Of a stretch of DNA of 64,000 nucleotides, positions 24,898 through 38,084 are shown in pieces (the first letter of the stretch is position 1; every line of letters begins with the position of its first letter). The stretch lies in contig MCFH01000054.1 in NCBI GenBank assembly GCA_002104945.1, forward strand, positions 1 through 64,000. Direction: 5' to 3'. Below the pieces are notes generated by a model, which saw only the letters and a program-made list of their open reading frames with translations, did not search any database and was not told the origin of the DNA. A program made the translations under genes and the position numbers. This stretch comes from Piromyces finnis finn. Lineage: Eukaryota; Fungi; Neocallimastigomycota.

Positions 24898-27800
24898 TTT
24901 TTTTTTAATTATTTATTAAATACAATTGTTATTAAATAAAAAGAGAGTAAAGCGTAATATATATATATATATATTTTTTTTTTCTAAAAATAAATAGTTG
25001 AATATCGGGAATATTTTAAATAATGTACAATAGAAATAATTTAATAAAATATATTCTATTTGATTTTTAAATGTTTTTTTTTTGTTTGTTTGCTTGTTTG
25101 TTTGTTTATTTGTTTGTTCTTTGTTCTTGTTATTCCAAAACTATATAGTACTTTTTTTTTCCTTTTATAATAGTCTTTAACACACGATAAAGACTATAAT
25201 AAGTATGTATTAAAAAAAAGTATTATATAATTTTTAAAAATTATTTTCTAATATTTTATTGTAATTTTTTTTTCAAATATTTTATATTTTTTAATAAATA
25301 TTGAAAGTTTATTCACTTTTAGTATATTCTCTTTTTTTATTTATTCCAAGATATAATTTTTATCTTTTAATAATTAAAAATAGTATACTTTTTTTTTTAT
25401 TTTTCATTTATGTATGTATTATAAAAAAAATAACCTATAAAATATAATTTTATATTATATAAATATTTAAAATGTTGATTATTATAATAATAAATTAAAA
25501 TAAATGACTTTGATAAAATAACAAATACTTTAACTACTTACAGTAAACAAAATATTTACTTGTTCACTAGTTTAATTTTATTTATAAAATTCTATAAATT
25601 AAATATGCAACTATATATATTTTTTCACCTATATATATATCAAGTTTATCTATGAATATAATAAATTGTTATTTATAGGAGGTTTCCTTTAATTTCTATT
25701 GATGTGCTTTAATATTTCAATAACTCTTGTTAACTATATATAAAAATGGAAATGAAATCATTAAAAATATATATATAACAAATCTTTTTTTTGTGAAATT
25801 ATATAATTAAAAAGAAAAATATTAGTATTTGATATACTTTTTTAAAATATATTAAAAATATTTGTAGTTTTTTCTTTAATTAATAAAAAAAAGAAAATTT
25901 TTTTCTTCTTTTTTAAATAACTATTATTAATATCAATTTAGAATTTTTTAAAAAAAATGAAAAAATAAAATATCTTTACTTTTTTCTTTTTCTTTTTTTA
26001 ATAATGAATATATATAATATATTATATATTTTTTTTTCAAATAATCCTTTTATTATGTTTTTATTTGATGAATTTATATATATATATACATAATTTGTTT
26101 TTCTAAAGATTTAATATTTCATCTTTATTGATTATTTATTTCTATTTTTTATTTTTGTTTATTATTTTTCGGTTCAAAATTCTATTGTATTTTTTTTTCT
26201 TCTCTTGGATAGTTATAAAAATAACTATTTTTTTTTTCTTATTTTAACTGTAAAAGAATCTTTTTACAATTTTCTTTTAAACCTTTCAATTTTCTAATCT
26301 TTTTTTTTTTTTTAATTTTATTTTTTTTTTTATTTTTTTAATTTTAATATTTGTTTTTCATTAAAAAAAAATTAATATTTTTTATTTCTTAAATTTTTTT
26401 CTCCATAAAATTATAATATATTAATTATTATATTCAACTATATATTCAAATATATTTAAGTCTATTATGAAATTTAAAACTTTAAAAAAAATATATATTT
26501 TTAATATAAAAATTTATTATTATTAATTTAATATATTTGATAAAATAATAATAAAATATTAATTCCTATTATTATTTAAATTATTAAAATTATTAAATAA
26601 TACTATAAATATTACAATAAAATATTAAAAAGTATCATTTATTAAAAAGGATTTCATTAAAGGATAGTATTGCAAAGATAGTATTTTATCATAGTATTCT
26701 AAAAAGTATTGATAATATCTACACTACTACTGCTACTACTATTGTATAAATTATACTAAAAAGTAATTTTTTTTATCAACTATTACTATTTTTTTTTATT
26801 ATCATAATATTTAAAATCATAAAAGTGAAAAAAAAAAAGTTGAATACTTACTATTTATTATTTCATTTTAATTTTTTCTTTTTTAGTATTAATTAATAAA
26901 AATGGCTAATTAATATTCTTTTTATTCTTTAGTAGCCTAATTCCCTTTTTCTTTAATAATACAGAGTTCAGAATAATATATTTCTTATTATTATAAACCT
27001 TTTAATAATCCTATCCTATATGCCGCTCTATACCGATTGATAGGTTCTTTTGATATATTCTTTTCTTTTTTAAACCAAGATTTATCTTCCAAAAGGCAAA
27101 ATATAGAGAGTTTTGTATGTTAAAAAAAAAGAGAAAAAAGAATTTAAAATTTTCGTACTTTTTCCAAATATTTATAATATTTTTTTTTTAATTATTTTTC
27201 ATTTCCGCTCCTCATCAATAGTTTACACTACCAGAATTTCCTAGTTAAATTAAAAATTTTACCTAAATTTATGGTATGTACTATTTTTAGTATAAAGGAA
27301 AAAATACCAATAACTGTAAAGTGTTTAATCTAATGTTACATCATTTAGTGTTAATCTTTCATAATTTTTACTTTTTTTTTTTCATATAATTATTTGATAT
27401 TTCTATTGATTATATATTATAATATATTGTAATATATTAAATGTTAACAAGTTAATAATAACAAAAATTTCTGTAAATTAATATAATTAAATTTATATTG
27501 AATACATAGATAATGAATATATTAATATAATATATTCATTATCAACTTAACCAAAGTCAAAAGATAGTAAAAAAAAGGAAAGAAGATAAAGAGGAAGGTG
27601 CCTTTTTAAATCTATAGAAAAGAGAAAGATTGACCATTCCACAGCAATATATGCAACGCATATGAGAAAGAAAAAAGAGAAAAGATGGTCATGAAAAAAA
27701 AAATTATATTTTTAACTTGAAAAAAGATGAATGGGATCATTAGGAAAAGTTTAAAATTTTTATTTATTTCATTCATTTAATTATCTATTTATTATTAGCT

Positions 27801-28030
27801 ATTTATCTAATTTATTATTCATTCATTCAATTATTTATCAACTCTACATTTCATTTATCTAACTTATTATTTATTCATTCATTCAATTATTTATCAACTC
27901 TACATTTCATTTATCTAATTTATTATTTATTTATTCATTCAATTATTTATCAACTCTACATTTCATTTATCTAACTTATTATTTATTCATTCATTCAATT
28001 ATTTATCAACTCTACATTTCATTTATTTTA
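27801..28030. repeat. 56-bp minisatellite, ~4 copies
   Basis: caactctaca recurs at 27839, 27895, 27951 and 28007, a 56-bp period. Confidence 0.92.
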
Positions 28031-29395
28031 ATTTATTATTTATCTAGTTTATTAATAATTTATTTATTAAATTCATTTAGTTTATTTATCTAATTTATTA
28101 TTGTTTCATTCATTTATTTCCAACAATTTTTCAATGGTTAAATTTTAAATTTTTATCTTTGGGTAAAAGATTAACTAATTTTTAAAAAAAAAAAAAAGAA
28201 ATTATTAGTTAATAATGTAGGAATGAAACAAAGCGTTGACTTTTTTATAGTTAAAAAAAAAAAAAAAGAAATAATAATGAGAAAAAAGAAAGGAACCTTT
28301 TTTTTAAAAAGTGGTAGTTTTTCTTTTTTTTTTTTTCATTTTCTTATTTGGAGTTTTTTATCTTTTTAATTTAATTTAATGTTAAAAAAAGATAACTTTT
28401 TAATTTATTGATAAGATTTAAGTAAAGGGTTAGATTAATGGAGATGAAAATTAAATCCACAACAAAAGATTAATGAATAAGAATTTTATCTTTTTTTTTT
28501 TTTTTTTTTGATAATACAAACAACATCTTTCAACATCAAATTGCCATGGATTGATTTCTTTTTTTTTTTGTAATAAAAGAATTCTTATTAAGATGTTTCT
28601 TCTTATTTTGATAGGAATAAATGAATAATAAACATTGATATTGATCTTAAGGAATAGAAAAGAATATTATTTTAAAAAATATGGGATTAGAATAAAATTT
28701 ATTAATGAAGAATCTATAGAAATTCATGAATAAAAAAAAAGTAATAATTCTTCATTGAAAGCATTATTATTAACACACTCAAGTTTATATTAATTAAATG
28801 AATGATTTATAAAACTAAATAATTTATAATTATTAATACTAATTAAATAAATGAATGAATATTATAATAATTAAATAAATATAAAAAAGTTGAATTCATT
28901 TTATTAGTAAAATTAGAAAAAGCATTTTTATTAAAGAAAAAACAAAAAAAAAAAAAAGAAATATTATTTTTTATACTTTTACAATGAAATGTGTTTCATT
29001 AAACTGATGGTTAATAATTTACTTGAAACAATTTTATTAGTATTATGGTGTAAAAGTTCAATATAAATAAACTTTGATAAACTTTTTTTTTTCAAAAAAA
29101 AAAAGAATGGCAAAAAAAACTTTACAACTTTATATCATATCATTTATTTTAAAACAACCAAATAGCAACATCATTAACAGAAAACTTTATAGCGTTAAAT
29201 CCCCTAGTTCAAATTTTTTTTTTTTATTTTGATACTATTGTACCTTTTTATGTATAAGATGAATACTTATTCATGCTATAAAAAAAATACTTGTAAAGTT
29301 GTATCATAATTAATTTTTTTTACAAGACTTTCTTTTAACTTCCTCCTCCTCCTCCTCATATCATAGAAGTATTCCTCTTTTCTTTAATAAACATC

Positions 29396-29450
29396 TACAC
29401 ACACACACATACATACATACATGTATACATACATACATACATACATACAC
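29396..29450. repeat. (CA)n/(CATA)n compound microsatellite
   Basis: Direct inspection. Confidence 0.85.
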
Positions 29451-31311
29451 CATCAGCATTGTTTTTTGTTTCCCTTTACTTTATAAATAAATGTAATTTT
29501 CATTTTATATATCATTCATGTGACTATCATTTGACACAATATCTACTTTTATATACATATTACATGATATTACCTAAAAAAGTTATATTACATGAATTGG
29601 GTTTCACGCATTCTGAATTAGTATTGTTATACTATATATGACTTTAATAGTATAGTATATATGGCTAATGATATCATACTATATATTAAATGTATTTATT
29701 ATCAGATTAAAATTTAAATGTATTATGGCTTGTAAAATAAACTATTTATTACTCTTATCATATTTTTTGTGACCCAGTTCTTAGTATATTATAATATTAT
29801 AAAATATAATATAGTATATATATTATATTCTATCTATCATATATTATATTTCAATAGAAGGATTTAAACATGAGTAATCAAAGTTTAAATATTATTAATA
29901 TTTTTTTATTTATTCTAGGATAAAACATATCATATATTAAAATATATTAAAATATATTAAAAATGTTTACAAATGAAATGATTAAAAAAAAGATCAAATT
30001 TCAAAAATAAGAAAAAAAAAATAAAAAAAATAATAATAATAAAATATTTGGTTGTTGTTGGTTTTTTTTTATGCAAATCATATTAATACATTTTGTACAT
30101 TTTTACTATTGTAAAAAGGATAAGGTGACGGTCAAGTTTGAAAGGTTTTTTTTTTCTCTTTTTCATTTTGTTAAAAAAGAAAAAAAAAAGGTTTCTCTTT
30201 CTTTTTTTTTATTTTATTTTATTAGTATTTTAAGTTTTAATAAAGTTTATTAATAAATAAAATTTTAATCTTCAATTTTAATTAATTAAAAAATTGATTA
30301 TTAAAAAAGTTTCAACTTCTTTTTTCTTTTTCTTTTTTTTTTAAAAATCTTTTTTAAAATAAAAGGTAGTAAGAAGAAGGAAAAAAAGTCCACAAAAAAA
30401 AAAAAAAAAGAAAGAAAGCAAAAAAAAGGATTTTTAAAGAAAGAAAAGCATTATTAAATATTATATAAAAATATATATATTTAATTTTCTTTTATTTTTT
30501 CTCTTTTTTTTTTTTTTTTTTGAAAAGGTGATAAAAAAAAAAAAAAAGAGGAGGACTAAAACCTATAAATCTTCTAATTCTATTTAATATATAAAATAAT
30601 TATTATTGACTTTTATATATTAATAAATATTATTTTAGTTTAAAATAATACTATGATAAGGAAAAGTATAAAGTTATAAATAATAGTTTTATAGCTTAAT
30701 TTTTCTTTTTTTTTTTTCATTATAAAAAGAATAGAAGATAAAAATAATATAAAGTAATAATTAAAATAAAAAAAAATAATTATAAAATTAATTGAGACCA
30801 TTTAAAAAACAAAATAAAAAATAAAGTAAATAAAACAAAATATAAATAAACTACTATATATATAGCAATAGTTAATAATTCTTCCAAGTAGAAATACAAA
30901 TATAAAGAAATATAGATATAAAAGAACTATTGGAATGATACTAAAACTATTTTAAATAATTTGTTTGATATTTATAATAACAACGTTTAAAGTATTATCT
31001 TTTAGTTTTTTTTATATATTTTTTATTTACGTACAATTGGAACAATTATTCTAACTAAATTTTGAAATAATAATTTTAATAAGAATAACAAAACATTTAT
31101 TATTAATAAGAACAAATATATATAAGTCAATACAAATAACAATATTCTAATAAAGAGTATTAATAATATAAATTTTATCCAAAACTATAAATTAAAATTT
31201 TTCATAATATAATTATCACAAGAATATATAAAAAAAAAAAAAAAAAAGAAATATATATATTATTACTATCCATATTATCATTATTACATTATTATAACTA
31301 TTAATATCAAT

Positions 31312-33144
31312 ATGAAAAGTAGATACCAAGAAATAATTAATACTATAATTAAAAGAGATGAAGTCGAAAATAATAAGGTAGACGAAAAAGGTGAGGAGGA
31401 ATCTTTGAAAGATACTAATAAATCGACAACATCATCGGATAAGCCTACAAATGAAGTTCAATCTGAAACTACCAAAACTAAATCTGTAGAGGTAGCAACA
31501 ACTTCAACAGTAATACAAACAACTCAAGTTAACATTATACCAACAGCTACTACTACAGAAAATCAATTGACCACCTCAATACCAATGGTTACTGAAACAC
31601 CAATAATTACTAGTACCACAGAAACTATTTCTATTACTACTACTAGTTCTGAAGCTACCGGTAGAGTTATTTCTTTTGATAATAATAAATTACCAAGTAG
31701 TAATAAAACATTTTATATTAGTGTTTTAGCTGTTGTGGGTGGATTCATCATACTAGTTATCATTTTCATTTGTTTCTTAATAAACTATAGAAAAAATAAA
31801 AATAAAAGCAATAAAATACCTACCATGGTTCCTCGTAGCATTTCATTAAATGGTATGGATAATAGAGGATCAATTATTATACCCCATTATTCTAAAGCTA
31901 GAAATAGTCAATTATCCTTCCAAGATGATGCCAATCTTAATGATATTAGTTTCTATTCTAATGCTTCTCGTTTTTCTATGCAACAAATTAATAATACTGG
32001 TGTAAATGACTCACCTGCAAGTCATCAAACCAAATTTTATTCAGATATAAATCACCCACTCACTACAAATATAAATCGCAATAGCTTTAACGGTAATCGT
32101 CCCATGAGTTACAATCAAGCCAGTCCAGGAAATATTAGTAACTCTCCTTTAATGAATGCTAATTTTGCATCCCCTATCCTAAGTCGTAATAGAAATATAA
32201 ATAGTGGCAGCATAAATCAAAATCATCATTGGTCTATTTCATCTAGTGCTCATCTTAGTTCACCATCTCATCGATCAAGCTACCAAAACGGATTACAAGG
32301 TAGTCATGAAAGTATTCTTCCTATCGCAAGTGATAAGATGGAAATTGATGAGGATACAGACATTGTCAATGATATCAATAATGCATTACCATCCTTGGTT
32401 ATAGAAAATGGAGACATTACTTCTTTTTCAAAAAATCTTGAAAAAAATAATATTCTTCGATCATCCACATTAGAATCAAACTATTTAAATCAATCTAGTT
32501 TTTCTTCCTACAGACAAGATAATCATAGTAATAGTCGAGTAATCTCTCCAAGAATCGAATCCCTTAATATGAAAAGTTCCATGATCATGGAGGGTTATCA
32601 TCTTGATCGTTCTGATCGTTCGCCCATGATGGAATCCAGTTCTCCATTAAAATATACGGATATGGATCGATCTTTTCCAACCATTCCTAAACGTAATTCC
32701 TCTTATATTGCCAGTCCACATCTTTCTAATGTTAATGCCAATTATTATGGACATGGGGATGAATCCTTCTTTTCAAATGATCATTCTCTTGCTATATCGA
32801 CAAATCAAGTCATTCCAAAAATCATTGAACCTAATATTATTATCGAACCAATGGTACCAGAAATTATGGAAACCGTTTCGTCTAATCCAACAGATTCTAT
32901 TCATCAAAATATAGAGGATGGTTCAACAAAGAATTTATTACCAATTAATATAATGGAAAGACCTGTTTCCTTCCCACAGGTAAAGCCATCTCATATATCA
33001 GAGGAATTTAATTCTTCAAGACCTAATTCATTCCAAGAATCTAATAATGCTAAAATTAAAACGCTCAAGGAAGAAAATCCAAATTATTTAAAACCTTATG
33101 TGTCCAATATAATTGAAGATGAAGAAGTCATGAAAAATATATAA
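31312..33144 (+). CDS. Single-pass membrane protein with an S/T-rich ectodomain and a long S/N-rich cytoplasmic tail (Mid2/Wsc/Skg6-like topology)
   Basis: 610-aa ORF with a Thr-rich stretch, one TM segment (FYISVLAVVGGFIILVIIFICFLINY) and a basic stop-transfer sequence RKNKNK. Confidence 0.75.
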   Translation: MKSRYQEIINTIIKRDEVENNKVDEKGEEESLKDTNKSTTSSDKPTNEVQSETTKTKSVEVATTSTVIQTTQVNIIPTATTTENQLTTSIPMVTETPIITSTTETISITTTSSEATGRVISFDNNKLPSSNKTFYISVLAVVGGFIILVIIFICFLINYRKNKNKSNKIPTMVPRSISLNGMDNRGSIIIPHYSKARNSQLSFQDDANLNDISFYSNASRFSMQQINNTGVNDSPASHQTKFYSDINHPLTTNINRNSFNGNRPMSYNQASPGNISNSPLMNANFASPILSRNRNINSGSINQNHHWSISSSAHLSSPSHRSSYQNGLQGSHESILPIASDKMEIDEDTDIVNDINNALPSLVIENGDITSFSKNLEKNNILRSSTLESNYLNQSSFSSYRQDNHSNSRVISPRIESLNMKSSMIMEGYHLDRSDRSPMMESSSPLKYTDMDRSFPTIPKRNSSYIASPHLSNVNANYYGHGDESFFSNDHSLAISTNQVIPKIIEPNIIIEPMVPEIMETVSSNPTDSIHQNIEDGSTKNLLPINIMERPVSFPQVKPSHISEEFNSSRPNSFQESNNAKIKTLKEENPNYLKPYVSNIIEDEEVMKNI

Positions 33145-33587
33145 AAAAAAAAAACATAAATATACAAAAAAAAAAAAAAAAAAAATAAAAGAAACTATTT
33201 TTTAATTAAAAAAAAAAAACTAAACAAATTTACTTTTTTTTTTTTTTTTAATAAATCATCATTTTAAACAATATATTCATCATTATTTGTATTTTTTTTC
33301 TTAATAACCCCTTCTCCCTTCTACCATTTTTTTTAATACCATATAATTACAATATATAAATGCGATAAAAAGAAAAAAAGTATAGTTTTGTATATACTTT
33401 TAAAAAAATAAAAGAAAAAAAAAGTAATAATTACTATTTTTTATTATTAGTATACTATAGAAAAAGATAATATATAATTACTTAAAAAAATGATATTTTG
33501 TTTTTTTTTTTAAACTTTTAATTTTTTTTTTTTTTTTTTTTGCATTAACCCAATAATAAATATTTTTTATTTAATAGATAAAAGTGC

Positions 33588-33643
<56 letters not shown>

Positions 33644-35322
33644 TACACACATTTTATTACTTTTCTATGGATAGCATTGCATTATTTGTAGATAACAATT
33701 CTAGGCAATGGATCATAGTTTGTAAAATAACAACCAAAAAAAAAAAAAATTTACTAAAAGAATAATCATAAATTATTATTTATGCATTATAAAATAAAAA
33801 TAGTTATGTATATATAGTTTATAGATGTGATAGTTATTGTCAATGAATTCTAAAGTTATTTATAACCATCTTTTTTCTTTTATATATTTTTATCTATATA
33901 AAAAGATTAAAAAAAAAAAAAAAAGAATCATTCGACCATAAGTATTGTATCTATAAAATAAAAAAAAATAAAAATAAAAAATAGTAATAATAATAGGTAA
34001 AAAAAAAATATAAAGTTTTTCCTTTTTCTAAAACTTTTATTAAAAGCTTTTGTATGAATTATAATAAAAAATAAAAAAATACTAAACCAAACCAAACCAA
34101 ACCATGTGTTTTATTATTTACTTTTTTTTTATTAAATAAAAAAGAGTCATTCTCCTTCATGACAATAATAAAGAATAATACCAAAACTAATACCAATAAT
34201 AATGAAATTAGGATTGCCGTCTTACCACTCACTCATCCTTTTTTTTTTTCTCCATTTTTTAAAACCATGAATCAATTAAGTGGTTACACAAAATTTTATG
34301 TTTGTTTGACTTTACTTTTTTTGATTTTTTACCCTTCCGCTAATACTAAAATTAATATTAAAAGTTGAGAAAAAAAAATAATAAAAATAATGATGGATTC
34401 CAACAATTTTTTTTATCGTTAGAGAATAGTCAATACAAAAAAAAATAGAGTTTTTAACGAAATAAAAACGAAAAAGGATCGATTATAATACTTTTTTAAA
34501 GTTACACAAACAATGCATAGAATAAAAATTTTTTTTTCATTTTTCTGAAACAAAAAAAAACAAACAAAAAAAATATTATCAAAAAAAAAAAAAAAAGATG
34601 ATAAAAAATAAATATGCATTTATATATTTTAAACTATTAAAGTAGTAATGCTTTACTATATACTTTTTTTTTATACCATCATCATTTTTATTTTCTTATG
34701 AAGAAACTTTTCACTTCTTTCCACCATAATACTAAGAAAGGTAACAAAAAAAAAATTTTTTTTTAAACTTTTTTAAATTAAAATTTTAAATTAAAATTTT
34801 TGTCTATTTTTAATATATATTAATATATTACAAATATACTCTAATATATTATAAAATGAGGAAAATATTATTTAAAATGAATGAATGAATAAATAAATAA
34901 CTAATAATCTGAATGAATGAATAAATAATAAAGTAAATAAAAGTAAATAGATGGATAAATAGATTAATAAATAGATAAATAATGGTATAAACTATGAATA
35001 AATAAATGAATGTGTAGATAAATGTATGGGTGGATAATCGAAATTTGAAAAGGAAAAGAAAAAAAAATTTTTTATTTTCCAAGTAAAAAACAATTCACTC
35101 AAAATTAAAAAAAAAAAAAAAGAATCAATAATAAAAAAAGAGATTTTCAAAAATAAAAAAACTTAATTCATTAAAAATGAATTAATTTTATTTAAAATAA
35201 ACAATAAAAAAAAAAAGAAAAAAAAAAAAGAAAAGAAAAAATAGAAAAAAAATATAGACACCATAAAATAATATAAAATAATAATACAAAATAATAAAAT
35301 TATAAAGGTATATATATCAAAG

Positions 35323-36192
35323 ATGGTTTCCCTTAGAAAAAGTATCAACGATAGAGCCAATAATTATAATCATAAATATTTAAATTGTTATCTAGAAACA
35401 ATATCAAGAACTATTAGCTTTTTTTTAATAGTAAGTTTTTTATTAAAGTATTAAAATTATTGATGTATCCCTCCTCTTCCCCATGTTAAAATAACTAATT
35501 TTGAAATCTTTATGAAAATATTTAGGTGATTGATATCTTAATGATAATATATGACCGTATAACCTATAATAACCATTTATTAATAGCCTCTCATATTTTA
35601 TCATGTATCCTCTTTTTTACTTCAACTTTTAAGGTAAAAGAAAAAAGATCAAAAAAAAAAAAGAAAAAAAAAAGCTTATTTTTATTAATATTATTGCATA
35701 TATATATATATTTTTTGTATAGCCCATGAAATATTCTGTATTACAATTCATTGTATTTTCCGTTGGTTTTCTATTATTTACCTTTTATAAAATTTCCATA
35801 GCCCTTGCTTTATTAGTCACAGATGCTTATGGTTCATTACTATTAAGTCTTTCACTTCATGGTTTTTTCGCAATTTTAGATGTAATTTGAATAACCTTTT
35901 TTTTTTATTAAAAAAAAATATTGCCAATAGAATCATTATAAAAATTTATAAAAAAATTTTTTTTTCAACTCCCAAAGTATTTCATGTCAACCTATATTAA
36001 TATTTTTATTTTATATATTAATATCATATTATATCATAGGCATATGCTATATATATTTCAATAATATATTACATAAGATTAAAAAATGCTATTTGTTGTG
36101 ATGAAACTTCGTTTGAAGACGAAATAGAAGAAGCTAATGTTCAATTAATCATTGATGATGATGATGTTAGTGAAGAAGAAGAAGAAGAATAA
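35323..36192 (+). CDS. Small uncharacterised multi-pass membrane protein (~175 aa, 4 exons) with an acidic tail
   Basis: Exons 35323-35430, 35526-35633, 35723-35881 and 36040-36192 are all joined by phase-0 GT-AG introns. They give one open frame, MVSLRKSIND...ILD|AYAIYIS...DDDDVSEEEEEE*. Confidence 0.65.
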
Positions 36193-37532
36193 AAATAATC
36201 TGTATATATTGTTTATATACTTTTATACCATATTTCAAATTTATATCTATTGATAATTATAATATCTAATATCTTTTCAACAATGACTTTTTTCAACAAT
36301 GACTTTAAAGATTAAAACAATACATAATATACAATTTTCTTTTTAAAAAAAGGAAAAAGATAATTTTAATTCATTAAAAACGTTTTCAGTTTTAATCAGT
36401 AATTATTATTTTTTTTTTTTTTACAATTTTTTTTTATTAAAAAAAAAATTGAAATGATTTGTAACATTTTATAATATATATTGTAAATATTTCAATTCTT
36501 AATATAAATATACTTTTTGTATATTAAAAACAAAAATGAAAAAAAAAAAAGAAAGAAAGAAGGGGAAAAAATTGAACCAACAAGTAGTTCTTTTACACCT
36601 TTCCCCCCTTCCTTTTTTTTTTTTTTTTTATTTGATAGTAATTAATTAAAAAAAAAAAAAAAAGAAAAATTATTATTTTTTTAAAATATAAAATAATAAT
36701 GCATGCAAAGAAAAGAATAACTACATTTAAAAAAACAAAAAAAACAAAAATTAAAAAACAAAAAATTAAAAAACAAAAAATCAAAAAAAAAAAAAAAAAA
36801 AAAAAGAACAACTACATTAAGAAAAAAATACTGTAATCAATACAACAACTACATTTAAAAAAAAAAAAAAATAAATCAAAACAAAAAAATATATAAATGT
36901 AAATATATGCAATATATTTTTAAATATGTACATATATTATATATATTAAAAAAAACTTAAATAAACAAACAAAAAAAAAAAAAAAAAAAAGGTATAAAGT
37001 CACTTTTTAAATACCCCAAAAATACCTTTTATCGATAAAATAAAGTAAAAAAAAAAAAAAATACAAAGTAAAAAGAATTTTTATAAAAAAAATACAATAT
37101 ATATTTATAAAATAATAATCTAGATCATATATATTCCAATAAAGCTTAAGGAGGGTGATATTTTGTCTCTTTCCCTTAAAATGAATTGGTATAGGACATT
37201 AAAAATAAAAAATATATATATATACTTTTTAATATTAAACGACAATAACATGAATAATGGTTAAATGAGTATTCTTTATAAAAAAAAATCATCTTTTTGT
37301 ATAGTTCAGATGCCACAACAATAATGATAATTATAATAATGATAAGAATAATGATCATATTACTTTTAATTATAATCAATAATGATAAATTTAATAATAT
37401 AATTATAGTTATAATCATTATTCATATAATGTTGTGGTAAAAAATAACACCATTTTAAAAAGAAGAATATATATATTCTTTGATTTCTTTTAAAAAAAAT
37501 GTTATTATTAAAGATTTATCAGAAAGAAGAAG

Positions 37533-37570
<38 letters not shown>

Positions 37571-38084
37571 TATAAAGGATCAAGTTTAATAAATTATTTT
37601 TGTTAAAACTATAAAATTTTATATAAATAGATATATATATTTGTATATATATATTTTCTTTTCTTTTTCAATGATTAAAAAAAAAAAAAAAAAAGAAATA
37701 TATTAATATATTAATATATATATATATATATATATATATCTAATTCGTCAATAAACATTTATTAATAATAGAATTGAGTTTTTTTTTTTTTTTTCTAAAA
37801 AATAATGAAAATTGATGTGTTTCTTTTATTAATATTTACGAGTGTATAGATTTCCTATTTTTGATGAAAAAGATAGAGATTTAATAATTATATATTTTAT
37901 GATTAATTCAATAGATTAATTTGATTATGTTTTTTTCAACAATGGTATATAACATAAGCTTTCCATTTTATTATTTTGACGATTTATCTTGTAAAAATTT
38001 GAATAATTATTTTTATATTTATTAAGAAATACCGCCGGATAATAATAATTCTGTTGTTAAACCAATATTAATGATCATTATTTT

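Noticed and set aside
27801-28030. CRISPR-like array
   Set aside because: The units are contiguous 56-bp tandem repeats without unique spacers, the context is eukaryotic and there are no cas genes.
29195-29220. tRNA T-loop/B-box-like gttcaaat
   Set aside because: No cloverleaf stems, no A-box and the conserved C is missing.
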